DNA of 63,987 bases, the filler included, from Craspedostauros australis (lineage: Eukaryota): NCBI GenBank assembly GCA_030167865.1. It is 9 parts of 9 records of this genome, joined end to end, with 100 filler letters (N's around TTAATTAATTAA, not from the genome) between each part and the next. Parts side by side here need not be neighbours in the genome. Positions count along the whole stretch, not along the records: positions 43,252 to 49,138 come from JALAGF010003739.1; positions 49,239 to 51,935 come from JALAGF010003741.1; positions 52,036 to 62,565 come from JALAGF010003742.1; 6 more parts are not named here. One strand, given 5' to 3'. This document shows, one piece after another, positions 43,252 to 55,765 of the stretch; within the stretch, counting starts at the first letter, position 1, and each line of letters starts with the position of its first letter. The notes below the pieces were generated by a model. It had not been told where the DNA came from. It saw only the letters and a program-made list of their open reading frames with translations, and searched no databases. Both the position numbers and the translations under genes were made by a program.

Positions 43252-43940
43252 TGGAATTCATGTGACATTGGTCTTGCTGGCAAAGGTGGTAACAACTGGG
43301 ATGGTGTGGTTGGCATCATCTGGCTGATCACGGGTAGTAGGGTTGAAGTAGTCAAGTGCAGCTTGATTGTTGACCTCGAAGATGAAGATCTGAACGTTCT
43401 GTCCCTTGTAGAAGGCGGTGATGGGCTTGACTGGGGGCGGTTCCGGTCTTGTCCACAGGGCTCTGGAGGGAGGATCCAGTTGGGACGACCAGGAAGTTCA
43501 TGATGATGTCGGTCTCCTTGAGAGTGTTGCCGCTGTTGATGACATCTCTGGCACTCTTTCAGAGTAAGAGTTGCCATCACTGGTGTGAAACTCGAGAATT
43601 GGCTTTTCGACGACACCGGTGAAGTGTCGGTGGTGGTTTCCATGATGACCTTCTGGATCGGGATATCTGAGGATGTGCTCATGTTTGGTGGGCCGCTGAT
43701 GAGATCTGGGTAGGTGCCTGGAGTGAAGATGCGGAACTTGTAGTATTGGATGAGGCGATTGTTGTACCATCCTCCATGGGCAATGAACTCATAGTCCATG
43801 TTCTGTGGAGAGAGATCGGCGGCCTCATAGATGGTGGCAGGGATGGAGTCGATGTAGTCATCACCAATCGCAGCCATGGCACCGTGGGCGGCCATGGCGA
43901 TGGCAGCGATGATGAAGGAAGTCGCCTTTCGGAAGTTTGT
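43252..43940 (-). pseudogene. Secreted-protein pseudogene, copy A (start codon ATG>ACA, frameshifts)
   Basis: Signal peptide NFRKATSFIIAAIAMAAHGAMA; GWYNNRLIQYYKFRIF; frame changes near 43630 and 43550; the paralog at 49017 retains ATG. Confidence 0.65.
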
Positions 43941-45599
43941 GTTGACAAGCTGTCGGCTGTCTGCTTTTTTGGTTGTTTGAGTGTGGAGTGTTTGCTGTTG
44001 GTTGGTTTGTTGATGTGTTTGCTTTTTCTTTGTGCTGAGCTTGGATCTGCGAGATGAGCTGAATGAGGAATGGAGGAGTGGACAACTTTCTGTCATTTGC
44101 AATGGAAAACACAACGGTTGCTGCGTCGCATTCAGCCATCCTTAATGAACGGCTCTGTTTGCTCTGTTCCCCGTCGTGTCACCTGAAAGGATTTGACAAC
44201 GGTTGGATCTGTGGCGACCACGAGAGATTGCCAATCATCTTCCAGTGACGACGAGAGAAGATACGGACATCAAACGCGCTGGAGCACTGTCGGTCCGTGT
44301 GTGCTTCCCTTGTGTGTCGTTACACCGATTCGGCACTATCATCTTGAAGGATCGAAGATTGCTTGAGCGCTTTTGTTGTTGTAGGAGTGTGTGTCCGGCG
44401 AGGTTGAATGTTGAGCCTTCGTGAGTGGTTGTGGTCTTTTGGGGGAGTATCTTTGGGAGAACTGGTCGCCGGTGCTGCTTGCGAAACACGGACCTGCCAA
44501 GATTTCGCGTTCCTTCCATCGCTCGTCAACTTTGCGGACAGCACAAGTTTCACCATTGCGCGCTCTTTCCTCGCAAAGATGCTGCCCACGAAGCACGCAT
44601 CGCGCCAACCGATCCAACTGCGGATCCGTTCGTTGGGCGAGCGTGTTACCACACCTACTCGTGCCATACTCTGCTAACTTACTCCCAACCTACTGTGTTC
44701 TGCTTTCGTTTTCTCTATCCCATTCAAGTCAGCGCACACAAGGCAAGATGTATTGCTGCTCATGACGAAATCGCCTGGATGCACCACGGCGGAGACGGAT
44801 GCGTGGGGGTAGAGTCCGACATGGAGCCAGTCTCCACTCGATTTCACAAGATGACTACCGTCACAGCGGCAATGTGAAGACGAAGATGTGCATCAGGAGT
44901 AGTCGTATGCACGAGTAGCGAAACCCCTCGCTCGCACGTGGAATCGATGAGCTCTTCATCCACCAAAGCTATTGAAAGCGCTTGCTGCGCGGACGGCCTC
45001 ATCTCCGAATGCTCCACACAGATGAACGCATCAGTACCACACAATGGTAGTGGGCACCCAATGCTGCTGGCCATATCTACAAATGGTACAAACAAGGATG
45101 GAGTTGGTTGCGGCGTGCGGGATTTATCACCGAATGTGCGAGTATGGATTCGCGGAGATGCGCCAAATCGTCTTGCTCCGCAGAGTACTCCGGACTTGAG
45201 AAGCGTGGGGTATTCAATTCTTCTCTAACCTACTCTATTTTGCATTGTGGCAACGACTTCACGATCGAGAAGACCAACAAGGAATAGCCAATGCAAGGGG
45301 CAACCGAGAAAGGAAGACAGCATCCCCCCTTGCCATGGTTGCGGCATGATCCATTGAACGGCCGCCCGGAAATACGATACTCCATTGGGCTTTGCATGGC
45401 CGAACCGCGCACTCTGTCAGCGATGCTGCTGCTTTGTTGTCCAGTTGGTCTGTGCGATCGCGTTTGTGATGATATTGGTGATGCCGTGACGCTCATGTTG
45501 ATGCTGGCCGACCGCGCAGCGCCACGCCGAGTTGCGGGCAATGCTGCGCCGATGATGCCTGGCGACAAAGTGAGTCTCACAAACGCAGGACGATGAGAT

Positions 45600-47850
45600 C
45601 CTTGCAGCTGAAACGATGCTGACAAGGAAGCTAAGCCAAGACTCGAAACCCCATCGACCGTCGAAGGTGAGGAGGTGCCGCAACCAGTGCGATTGTCCAA
45701 ATCCGAGGCGGAGGCAGAGGTAGAATATATCCCAGACGACAAACTCGAGGACGACACGGAGGCGGCAGCCAAGATCCACGACAAGACCGAAGTCGCAGGC
45801 GATGATGAACTGAGCGAGCAACCGGCATCGTTGACCCAGCCAGAGATAGTTGCTGTGACCGAATCAGAGGTCGCCATCGACGCCTACATTTCACAAGCAC
45901 CTGAAGTCGACCAGGAAGTAGAATGTGTTGATGCGCAACAAGGCGACGTTCTGCAACAGGAACTGTTCGAATATGGTGAAGACTTGGGGCCTGCGTTGGA
46001 GGGCGAACTGGAGCCATCATCTTCCATCGAGATCTACCAAGATGCAGAATCGGATATCGAACGAGATATCAAGGACGATGCGAATGACGATGATGGTGCT
46101 GCTGAAATTGAAGCAGCCACATCACAAGTCGATGAAGGCTTGGAATCTCAGTCCGTTCTCGATTCGGACACTGTTACATCTGGAGCGGATGTGCGACGTC
46201 CAGTCGTGAACGAGGAAGATGCTGAGCCCGTGGCTCTGCAGGATGCCCCACTGGCCGTGAAGTCTGACAAAGATGAAGACGAAGCCACCATTCGCGACAG
46301 CGACGACAAGCAAAACGATGATGTAGCAGGTTTGGAGAAGCATGCTAACACAGCAGCGCTGATTGGAGTTGCAGTGGTTGCGGCAACAGGAGCTGGGGTT
46401 CTTGACACCACGGATGACCAAAGTGAAGAAGGAAACGCGGAAGAGTTCAAGCTGGAGCCAAAGGTGGAGGAGCATCCCGAACAGAATGCACTCGACTCAA
46501 TCACACTCCTTGACGCTGCAACACCTGCAGACAACGAAGATGAAGACGACTTGGTCCCGCCTGCGTCCGCTCCAAGCTTCATGCGAGGCACACAGCCAGG
46601 CAACGAGTACGTGGACATGCCTAACAAGGCGATGGAACACTCCGCAAATCTTTTGCCGGACAACAACGAGGATGTGGATGCTGACGCTGATGATGACGAC
46701 GTAACCGAGGATTCCGTCGCAGAAGCTGAACAGTTGACAGCGATTGCGGATGCCTTGAAATCAGAGCCATCTGTCAGCTCCAAAGGGCACGACGACCGTG
46801 ACGCCGAAGTCGACTCAAAGTCTACAGAGACATTCCAGTCTTCTCAAATGCTTGAGACCGAGCATGGCACCGACACTGCGCAAGTTATCGATGCCACAGC
46901 ACGTGCGCTCGACCTGCCGGAGGAGATCAGGCCATGCCAAGACGTCAAGGCTGATTCTTTGGAGGACTTTTTTCCGCTGCAGAGTCCGAGCCAGAAGATG
47001 ACGCAGAATCACCGACTGCGCCCGTGCTGACCGAAGACGCAAGGTCCAACAACGAGGCCGACAAGAAGACCAACGAGTTCGCACCAAAAGAAACGAAGTG
47101 GACAGATGTCGAGCCAGAGGATGAATCCAAACCGGAAGTGGAAGAAGTCAAGATGTCTGCTCTGAAGGTTGCCAGGGTGGAAGAAGACGAGGAGGCAGCG
47201 CTTGAGCATGCGCTTGTGCTGCTGAAGAGGCTCACTCAGGCTACGGATGCGGACGTGCCAGCATCAGAGTCGGCCGCCGCTGACAGTACTGGAGAAGAGG
47301 ATCGTCAGGAAGCAGGTCTTGAGCGTGGGCTCCTGTTGCTCCAGACCTTCAATCAAGAGGAGGACATGTCACAGGCAAATGCAATGGCTAACAGCTCCGA
47401 CGACGACAAAGACAATAAGGAAATGGAGCTCTCATAAGTCCTCGAACGAGGAGCAAGGTTGGAGGTGCATGCGCAACCAATGAAGACGTCAACTCTGACA
47501 TCGGAAGACAAGAGTATCATGCGTGACGATACAGACGTGGGCCATGATACCAATCGAGAGGTAGTGGCTGACGAAGACGGGGATGCCACAAATGAAACTG
47601 CTTCCGCCACTGATACTCCTAACCGAGAATAGCAGGAACGCGCAAGCTCAATCATTGCGGAAATGGCCGCGTTCGTCGTGGACGCCAAGGTTATCATCCA
47701 GCCAGCACCCAAAGCTCCAACCCATGATGCCCATGGTGCCGACGGCAATGGTAGTGATGGTGCCATCGTCAACGAAGACAAGCAAATCATGAGCGAAGCG
47801 TTCACGACACGTTATGCACACCAGACAGACTGAGCCAGCAATGCGTCCCA
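45600..47850 (+). pseudogene. Long acidic low-complexity protein broken into several frames
   Basis: Asp/Glu-rich ORFs 45675..47030, 47024..47437 and downstream pieces of the same composition separated by frameshifts/stops; no proper ATG start. Confidence 0.5.
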
Positions 47851-48562
47851 TGATGATACCGAGGGCTTAATTTCGCACCCAGAAAAGGGCGAATGCTTTG
47901 GAACTCTGTGCCAAATCGTGTAATCGTCGCACAGAGGGAGTAGCACCCGCAGTAGAATAAGAACATATGTTATGTTATATAGTGAGGAAGGTCCTAGGAA
48001 TTACACAACACATCAGAGCCCAACACGACTGCAGTCAAAGTATGCACAAGTAGATCGTAATCTACTCAAAGCCGAGCAGATCGCAGAGCATGCTTTCCCC
48101 CACGAATTCAACAGTTCCACTGATTCCGCGCTATGATTGCGCATCAGAACTGAGAGGAAACCGAAAACGGAGTTCTTCGCGAAACTTGACGATAAGGATT
48201 GTGATGAGACCATGCATCCTATTCAATATACTCTGCGCACAAAACCTTTGCTGATAGAGACATTGAGTGTGCCCAACAAGATTGTTGACTATTGTGAGTG
48301 CTTGCGCCACCTATCTTGGCTGTGCAATCTGCGTGTTCTCTGTTCCAGGACGAGTGATCGGATGCACAGGGCAACAACTCACCTGCGTCATGGTTGAACA
48401 GGACTGGAGTTACAACACGATTGATGGCCCAAATGAGTGATCGTTATGGTGTGCTCGGATTGGTCTTGTGCAGAGCATGGTACTCGTGCTTGTGCACAAT
48501 ATACGATTCCATTACATCATCTGTCGATGTCCGCTCTTGGGAATTCGACTCCATGTTGCGAA

Positions 48563-49017
48563 TTAGACATGAATATTCGTGAGCGTTCCAACCAGCATGG
48601 CTGGGACCATGCCCATGCCAATGGTGATGCTGGATGCATCAGAGGAGGTGTCCTCAATCTTGAGTGTGCAGATGACCTTGGCTCCATACATGACGTTGAG
48701 CTTGGTGGTGCCATCCGGGATGTCGGACGACTTGACCTCAATCTCGTATGCTCCCATGATGTTGGTCTTCGTCGAAGCCACCATCGTTCAATCATCTGCC
48801 ACGATTGTCACGTCCAATCCTTGCTGCAAGAGCAAGTCCGAATGAGATCCAAGGATGAAGTTGGATGTCTGCGAGATGTCGACCTTCAGCTGGTGACGGC
48901 CTCGTAGACAGTGGCAGGGATGGTGGCGATGTAGCCATCACCAATTGCAGCCATGGCACCGTGGGCGGCCATGGCGATGGCAGTGACGATGAAGGAAGTC
49001 GCCTTTCGAAAGTTCAT
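48563..49017 (-). pseudogene. Secreted-protein pseudogene, copy B (internal deletion)
   Basis: 48898-49138 is homologous to 43821-44058; after ...IPATVYEA it jumps to a segment with stops ending in a GPI-signal-like hydrophobic tail. Confidence 0.6.
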
Positions 49018-49499
49018 GATGGCAAGCTGTCATTTGTCTACTTTTTCCGGTTGCTCGAGTGTGGAGTGTTGGCTGTTGGTTGGTTTGTTGATGTGCTTGC
49101 TTTTTCACTATGTGTTGATCTTGGATCTGTGAGATGAGNNNNNNNNNNNNNNNNNNNNNNNNNNNNNNNNNNNNNNNNNNNNTTAATTAATTAANNNNNN
49201 NNNNNNNNNNNNNNNNNNNNNNNNNNNNNNNNNNNNNNTGACTGTTGGTGCGAGCGACTTGGTTGCTGTGATAGCTTTTCCATCACGCTCGTTTCCCTTG
49301 TTGTGCACTTCCCACAGAACACCTCGCACACCATGATATCCGACTACCACAATAGCAATATCCGCCTGAGCACACCTCCTTCCGCAAATGCCGTCAAGAT
49401 GATGAGCGCGGTGGCTGGTGCTTCAATTCCCCCATCTGAACAAGTTCGAGTGGAGGATGCACGCGTTGTACAGAAACGTGAAGCTGACGGACGACACAG

Positions 49500-51159
49500 C
49501 TGAGACTGGATCACGCATCATGCTGGAGATGTGTGCGATGGCTCAGTGTTGATGCCAATGCCGCACATCTTTTATCCAATGATGCCTTTGGCCAAGTTGT
49601 CAAGCTGGAGCATTGCTCAAGACATGCACCCTGAGGCGAATTGGTCCTGAGATGCAAGAAACAACAGCTTGGCACCGATTCATCATATGGTACCAATGCA
49701 TTGCACACAAAATGCATTGCTTTGAGCACCAGAATATTTGCAAATCCAACCAATTGGTTGGACCAAAGCAAGCCTTGCACACTCCAACAGCAGCAATCCA
49801 AGACAGTGCAAGAGTAGAGCCAGGTGAGCATAGTTTCGCTACCAGCACATACTTTATCACATCAGTGACAAACTTCAATTGGTGTCACATGACATCCTGT
49901 TGGTCGCTCTCCTGCTTGCATGCCATCTCTTGTTCTCTCTTATCGCTCAGCTCGATCCTAATTGCACACCAAATCCAGATCAAGAGCCACCCACACCTGT
50001 CAAGTCAGATGTCATTGCAGTATTCACAAGCTCCATCAAGTGATCATTCAGAGCATCGTTAAGCACAGCAATGAGAGAACAAGTGTTGAAAATCCTCTGG
50101 GTATTGCAAAGATACGCTTCAGTTGCATCAAGGTTGACCAAAGCACAAATATCAAGGTGCATGGCGTTTGCTTTGCTCATTGGCTCACCAGCTGCCCCAC
50201 GGCTGGTCCAAACAATCAGGTGAACGATCGCATATCGCAAGGACCCAACAATGTGATGGCGACGAAAGTGCCAATAGTGACTCTGGCTGAGGTTCCATGC
50301 TGCTGATATTCCAAGCTTCTCACCCACTCACAGCCACATCCATCCTGTTTCACTATCCACAACCGAACCAAATCATGAAGTGTGAGCTAGCAGTTGTGTG
50401 ATGAAGGGCATCCCTGCACCACCTTCTGCACAACATGCACACTTGCCATCGTCTTTTCTCTGCATGTGTGTGGAAGTGTTGAGCTGATGAGTGACTTGGA
50501 ATGTGTGACACAGCAGTGGACTGATTGCCATTTCCACTTTGCACCATCACCATCACTCTAACGAATGAAATTCTGATCACAAGTCAATCGCTTGCCTCTA
50601 GAGCAACTTAGTGATGACTGAGCTAGTCGTCTGGAGTGTTCAATTCCATGGCACGTTGGCTTCCCATGGCTGCTACTACAGTGTTCCGCTTTGCTCCTCT
50701 TTCCCTTTCTTGGCACCAGTCTCAGCTGTCCACAGGATGATTTGATGAAGTGCACAAAGTCCACTAACGTGCCATGATGAATGTACAAATCAACTTTCCC
50801 AGTACCCTCGTCTTCATCCATGACCTTGCACAACTCCATCATGGACATTGCAATGCACACATCATCAAATCTGTTGCTTATCGTTCCACCACAAAAGAGG
50901 GCATGAATGCCTCCCATCAGCTGAGGCTTCTGACACAACTTGCTGGAATCTCTGTGGGTAAACAATGAATGTATGTCTTCAGTGACCATCCTCATTGTTG
51001 CTTGCCATGCATGCTTGTGGAATGAAGTGGAGTGCAACCCTGGCTGTTTTTCATCTTGTTGATATCATCTCTTTCATTCTGCTTCTTCCATTTCTTCATT
51101 GCCAACAGATCGCCTGTGCTGGCAGCAGCAAAGAGTTGCTTGTTTGCGACATCTGGCAT
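49500..51159 (-). pseudogene. Highly decayed, CpG-depleted gene relic with N-terminal ankyrin-like repeat
   Basis: KQLFAAASTGDL...DINKMKNSQGCTPLH then multiple stops and frameshifts; left boundary approximate. Confidence 0.4.
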
Positions 51160-52035
51160 GTTGAGATGATGGTCGATAGCTGTCGAGGGGTTGCCAGGTG
51201 GGAGTTGGATGATTGGATGATTGTTTGAATGGTTGGATGTTGTATGGTGCCTCTTGACATGGTGCGAGCATGGACTCATGCTGTACATGGCTCGTCGAGG
51301 AGGGCCGTCAACGTGGAATGCAGATCCTCGTCGTGTCCAGGCTTGAGTTGTGCGAAGTGTTGGGGACGAACGAAACGAAACGAGATGAGACGAAGCGGAG
51401 TGGGACAAGAGGCGTCAATCTGGACATGTTGAGAAAAGGGTATCCATGACTGGTAGGACCACCAAAGTCGACGGAACACTGGTGTCATGAACAACACACT
51501 CGTCGCAGTCAAGCTGGGGAACACGGTAATTTGTCCACTCACGACTCGACGAGCTCGTGATTGAGCTGAATCGAGTCGTGCTTTATGACGTAGTTCCCGT
51601 CAAGCTCTGAAGTTGCGCGCCGGGCGTGCCTGATCCCGGATGCCGCTCTCGCCCGATTCCCAATCGCGCGCTTGGTTAGTTGTGAGGTTCGCTTGTGCAA
51701 ACGAGTGTCACTTTCGTGTCGTTTGGCGAACGGACGTGATGCCGAAAACAAGCTTCAAAGTACTGCGACATGTTACATTGTGTCAATTCGGACAAATGTG
51801 TTCTTCATTTTTGGACAAGTCACGATTTCGTGTCGCATACACATAATATGATAGCTATTTCGATTATGTTTGAAATGTCCTACCACCAATGAAAAATATT
51901 GTGTACAAATATACGTAGCACAAGTACCAAGTTTGNNNNNNNNNNNNNNNNNNNNNNNNNNNNNNNNNNNNNNNNNNNNTTAATTAATTAANNNNNNNNN
52001 NNNNNNNNNNNNNNNNNNNNNNNNNNNNNNNNNNN

Positions 52036-52611
52036 GCAGAAGGTATCGACCAGCTTGGACTTTCCTGTGCCGCTGATACCCCACACGAACACAGCTGGCA
52101 GCAAGGTGTTGCCGACGGATGGAGATGTAGTTGCCAACTCATCAGGCGTGGTGGGTCGTGACCTGGTCTGAGCTTTTCTGTCTCTTCCGACTGTCTCGCC
52201 AGCCACTACCATCTGATCAAAGGCAGCGCGCAGCGTCTCGAGTTCTTTGTCACGACCGAACATCACTGCACCGCTGTCATCAAACAGAGTGTGTGGAACT
52301 TCCGTGTCTAGCTCGACCTCGTTGTATCCGTCATCGTAGAAGTCGTTGCCGGAGGTGAGGACGGCGTCATGGAGGACGGACGATGGTCTGCTGGATGCCG
52401 CTTTTGTTGACGCTGGTGACGACAGGTCAAAGACTTGGGATACAGAACTGCCCTGCGTCGATGCCTTGGAATGCAACGGACGAGGAGATGATCTGTGGGT
52501 AGTGTTTGGAGTGTGCGGACTTGTCGTCATGGAGGAAACGTTCTTCGGCGCTGGTTTGGATGGATGCATCAATGATGTTTCAACATGCTCGATTGATCTC
52601 TCGCCATCCAT
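52036..52611 (-). CDS. STAND/AAA-ATPase N-terminal part with Walker A, truncated by gap
   Basis: MFGRDKELETLRAAF...VFVWGISGTGKSKLV (AAA_16-type). Confidence 0.8.
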
Positions 52612-52903
52612 GCTGCCGTTTGCGATGGAGCTGGACGGTGCGATGTGGAGGTGCCATGCCCGTGGATGTGTGGCGAATTGGTGTTTGGCTTGCCTCTCAG
52701 TCTCTGTTTCTCTCGCGTGTCTTGGTGGCAACTGTTGGCCGATCTGCCGACCTTTGTTCCTCTTGTTTTGGCGGTGTTGTTCGGCAGCTTTTTGCTTCTC
52801 ACATGTTCGCCAATTGCGTCACAAAAGCGAAACCAATCCGAACACACACGTGGCTCGTCGTCACGTATTTATGGAATGCCACAGATGATGACTTGCCCAC
52901 CGT

Positions 52904-53628
52904 GTCGGGGACACCCGGCAAGTGCATCGAATACTTCAGTTTACGACTAGTACGACTCGAAAGTGCTTTTTGTCATTTGTTGCGTTTCTTCGCTGTTTGT
53001 GAAATGTTGACAAAGCAAATGTCGCAGCGACGTCTTGTTTTGATTCATTTATATTAATTGTTTGTCAATCGGTGTTACTCGGACATATTCAGTCATTGCT
53101 TCCGTGTTGTTGAAGCGTCATCGAGTCCCGTCGAACCTGCTTCCTTTTGCAAAAAATGCATTTGCAGTGCATTTAATGCATTTGGGGTTCAAAAAATGCA
53201 ATTGAAGTACATTAAATGCAATTGGAGTGCATTAAATGCACTTGGAGTTCAAAAAATGCATTTGAAGTGCATTAAATGCAAATGGAGTGCATTAAATGCA
53301 TTTGGAGTGCAAAAAATGCAAATTGAGTGCATTAAATGCATTTGCAGTGCATTAAATGCATTAGGAGTGCATTAAATGCACTTTCAGTTGTGCATCAGAT
53401 TGATTCGTGACTTAGACAGCTACAGTCACAACGGCGGTCATTGGACACCAATAGACGATCTCGTTAAATATAATACTTAACGGTACGACATCAATAGGTC
53501 ATTTTCAGCGAATGCAACGACACAGATTGTGGAGGCAAGACTAATTCGATTAAACAGCCTCGATTCATCTCTCTGGTCAAATGAGTCAAATGATACACGT
53601 TTCAATGGACTTGCCGGGTGTCCCGGTC
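52904..53628. mobile_element. ~725-bp MITE with 28-bp imperfect TIRs
   Basis: Left GTCGGGGACACCCGGCAAGTGCATCGAA vs reverse complement of right end GACCGGGACACCCGGCAAGTCCATTGAA (24/28); no real ORF; no clear TSD. Confidence 0.8.
53147..53380. repeat. 20-bp tandem array, 11 full units plus a partial one
   Basis: Units such as ATTGGAGTGCATTAAATGCA in exact 20-nt register. Confidence 0.93.
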
Positions 53629-54072
53629 TAAGTATTCGGTCATGGAATCAACCAAGCTGACGTCCCCATGTCCGTATAACGAGTCCCGTATATTCTGGAT
53701 TCAGATGAATAGGTACTTCACAAGCTCTTTCTGTTGATGTTCCAAAATTCGCAGAATCTGTGACGTTGGCATCACAAACCACACAGATCAATGAGGAATG
53801 GCGAGATGTCGCCAAGATCTTTGTTGGTTCTTTGTTGATGCGTGGCCCTTTCTCGTTGTCGTGCAGATCGTAAGTACCGCGAGTAAGGCAGGAGCGGAAA
53901 GGGTTATTGCCGGGATGTAGTGTGTCTGGCTCCTCTCTCGGCGCATGCGGAAGAATGAGAGAGTGGACCATCCTCGGACGGCACGCAGGCACACACGCAC
54001 ATACGCACATACCAGCACTATCCACAATACATAACATTACACACAAGCAAGAGGCGGAAGGCGAAAGGCAAG

Positions 54073-55104
54073 ATGCAGGTTGTGTACTACGACATCTTTG
54101 ATGTGAACGAGGAAGAAGCGTTCTCCGAGTCCGAGGCAAAACGCATCGACCGCGAGATCGACGTATTCGTCGAAGAGATGGAACGTGGGACTCGTTCGGA
54201 AGTCCATGTCGACGGGGCGATCAATGAACTGCAGATGCGGCGTCTGCTTTCCCTCGTGGCGAGAAGCCGCGGCGTGAAGAAGCTGGGCTTCCGTCACTGG
54301 GGCATGGGAGACTTGGGTTGTTTTCTGTTGGTGGAACTGTTCGCGACCATTACGGAATCATCAGGGTCGCTTGGAATGGGACGCATTGAGGAGCTATCGA
54401 TTCGGTCGTGCGGCATCACGAGCAAAGGGACGTCGGTGCTTCTGAGCACGTTGCAGCGATACCATGGGCTCGTCAAGCTGGATTTGGGCCGGAACAATCT
54501 CCAGAATGCATGGGAGCAGCACGACTGGGTGGGGGCATTGCATCATACCATTCCGCGCCTCGAGTTGCAGGAGCTGGATCTATCAGCTGTGAATATGGAC
54601 GTTATCTCCATCGATGCCATCCTGAGTGGGTTGCACAACAACGGTCACTGCCTGCGGTCGCTTGATATCTCGCACAATATCGAGAGCCTGGCATCACTGT
54701 TGGAACTGCTGGAACCTCATTTGCCCCACATCCGGATCAGGCACTTGATGCTCACCAAAGGTGCCAGCAGCGCGTCGTGTGTTGAGATCTCTCAGGTGCC
54801 CCTCCTGAAGCGATTCGCCGATGGCGTTGCGAAGAACCAGGATCTGATCAGCTTGGGGTACTTTTCTGTTCTGCCGATCGATCGACAGTCGTCGATGGAA
54901 GAGCAGCTCATCCATCGTCGCGGAATGGAGCAGCTCAGACGGGTGCAGTTCGTGCTGGATCGCAACAGATTCATCCCGTGGCTCAAGGCCCAACATCGTG
55001 CTGCGTGCTTACCTCAAGCACTGCGCAAGTCCTTCGGTTCGCGCAGCTCACATTCTGCCGCGTTCCATGTTCTTCGTGAGTGCTCTGATTGTCTCGGATG
55101 TTGA
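54073..55104 (+). CDS. RNI-like leucine-rich repeat protein
   Basis: IEELSIRSCGITSKG, LVKLDLGRNNL, LQELDLSAVNM, LRSLDISHN; LDRNR C-cap. Confidence 0.85.
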   Translation: MQVVYYDIFDVNEEEAFSESEAKRIDREIDVFVEEMERGTRSEVHVDGAINELQMRRLLSLVARSRGVKKLGFRHWGMGDLGCFLLVELFATITESSGSLGMGRIEELSIRSCGITSKGTSVLLSTLQRYHGLVKLDLGRNNLQNAWEQHDWVGALHHTIPRLELQELDLSAVNMDVISIDAILSGLHNNGHCLRSLDISHNIESLASLLELLEPHLPHIRIRHLMLTKGASSASCVEISQVPLLKRFADGVAKNQDLISLGYFSVLPIDRQSSMEEQLIHRRGMEQLRRVQFVLDRNRFIPWLKAQHRAACLPQALRKSFGSRSSHSAAFHVLRECSDCLGC

Positions 55105-55765
55105 CTTATGGTGATGCTGGTGTGGCTCCGCCACGCGATGCTGACATCGCGCGGTTACCGTAGCAAACAAGGGAGTCGAAAGTATGCGCCAACAGTGATG
55201 AAAAATCGTCCGACCGACGCATAGCTACCGAGCTAACCTCTTCCATGTGGTGCTCCAACGACACAATGTGGCGCACGATGGCGAAAGGTGCCGCTATGGT
55301 CGCCGTCAGAAAGTCCAATCTGTTCCTCGCGTAGCTTCTGGAAATTTTTTCAACACTTCGCCAAGCGCCGCGCTATGTGGATTCACGCGAAGGCCTCCAC
55401 AGTGAATTGTGCTACCATGGTACAATTGCATTTCGTGTCGATGGTGGTGGGATGTGGCTCTCCTGGCTCGTACTCTTAATCTCTATCCATGACGTAAAGT
55501 ACTGTTGTATTTTGTTATTGTGTTTTGTTTGTTTAATCGATATTCTATTGTATGGTGTGGTATATGTCCGAAGGATGAAACGGGGCGCCCAACGCTTTCT
55601 CCCAGTCTCTCTTCTGCTCCTCCTCTCTATTTCTCTCTCTCTCGTGCAATGATCTCCCTGTACAGTTCGTGCATGATATGTAGGTGGGCATGATAGGTCG
55701 TACCTTGCCGTGCCATGGTTTGTTGCGGCCCGGCATGGCATGCTAAAAAACGGAGTCCGCGTCGT

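Noticed and set aside
53147..53380. 20-bp arrays (also 42681-42811) as CRISPR arrays or a repeat-protein ORF (53058..53375)
   Set aside because: Variable parts are only ~7 nt and mutually similar, no cas genes, eukaryotic context; the ORF is a by-product of the repeat.
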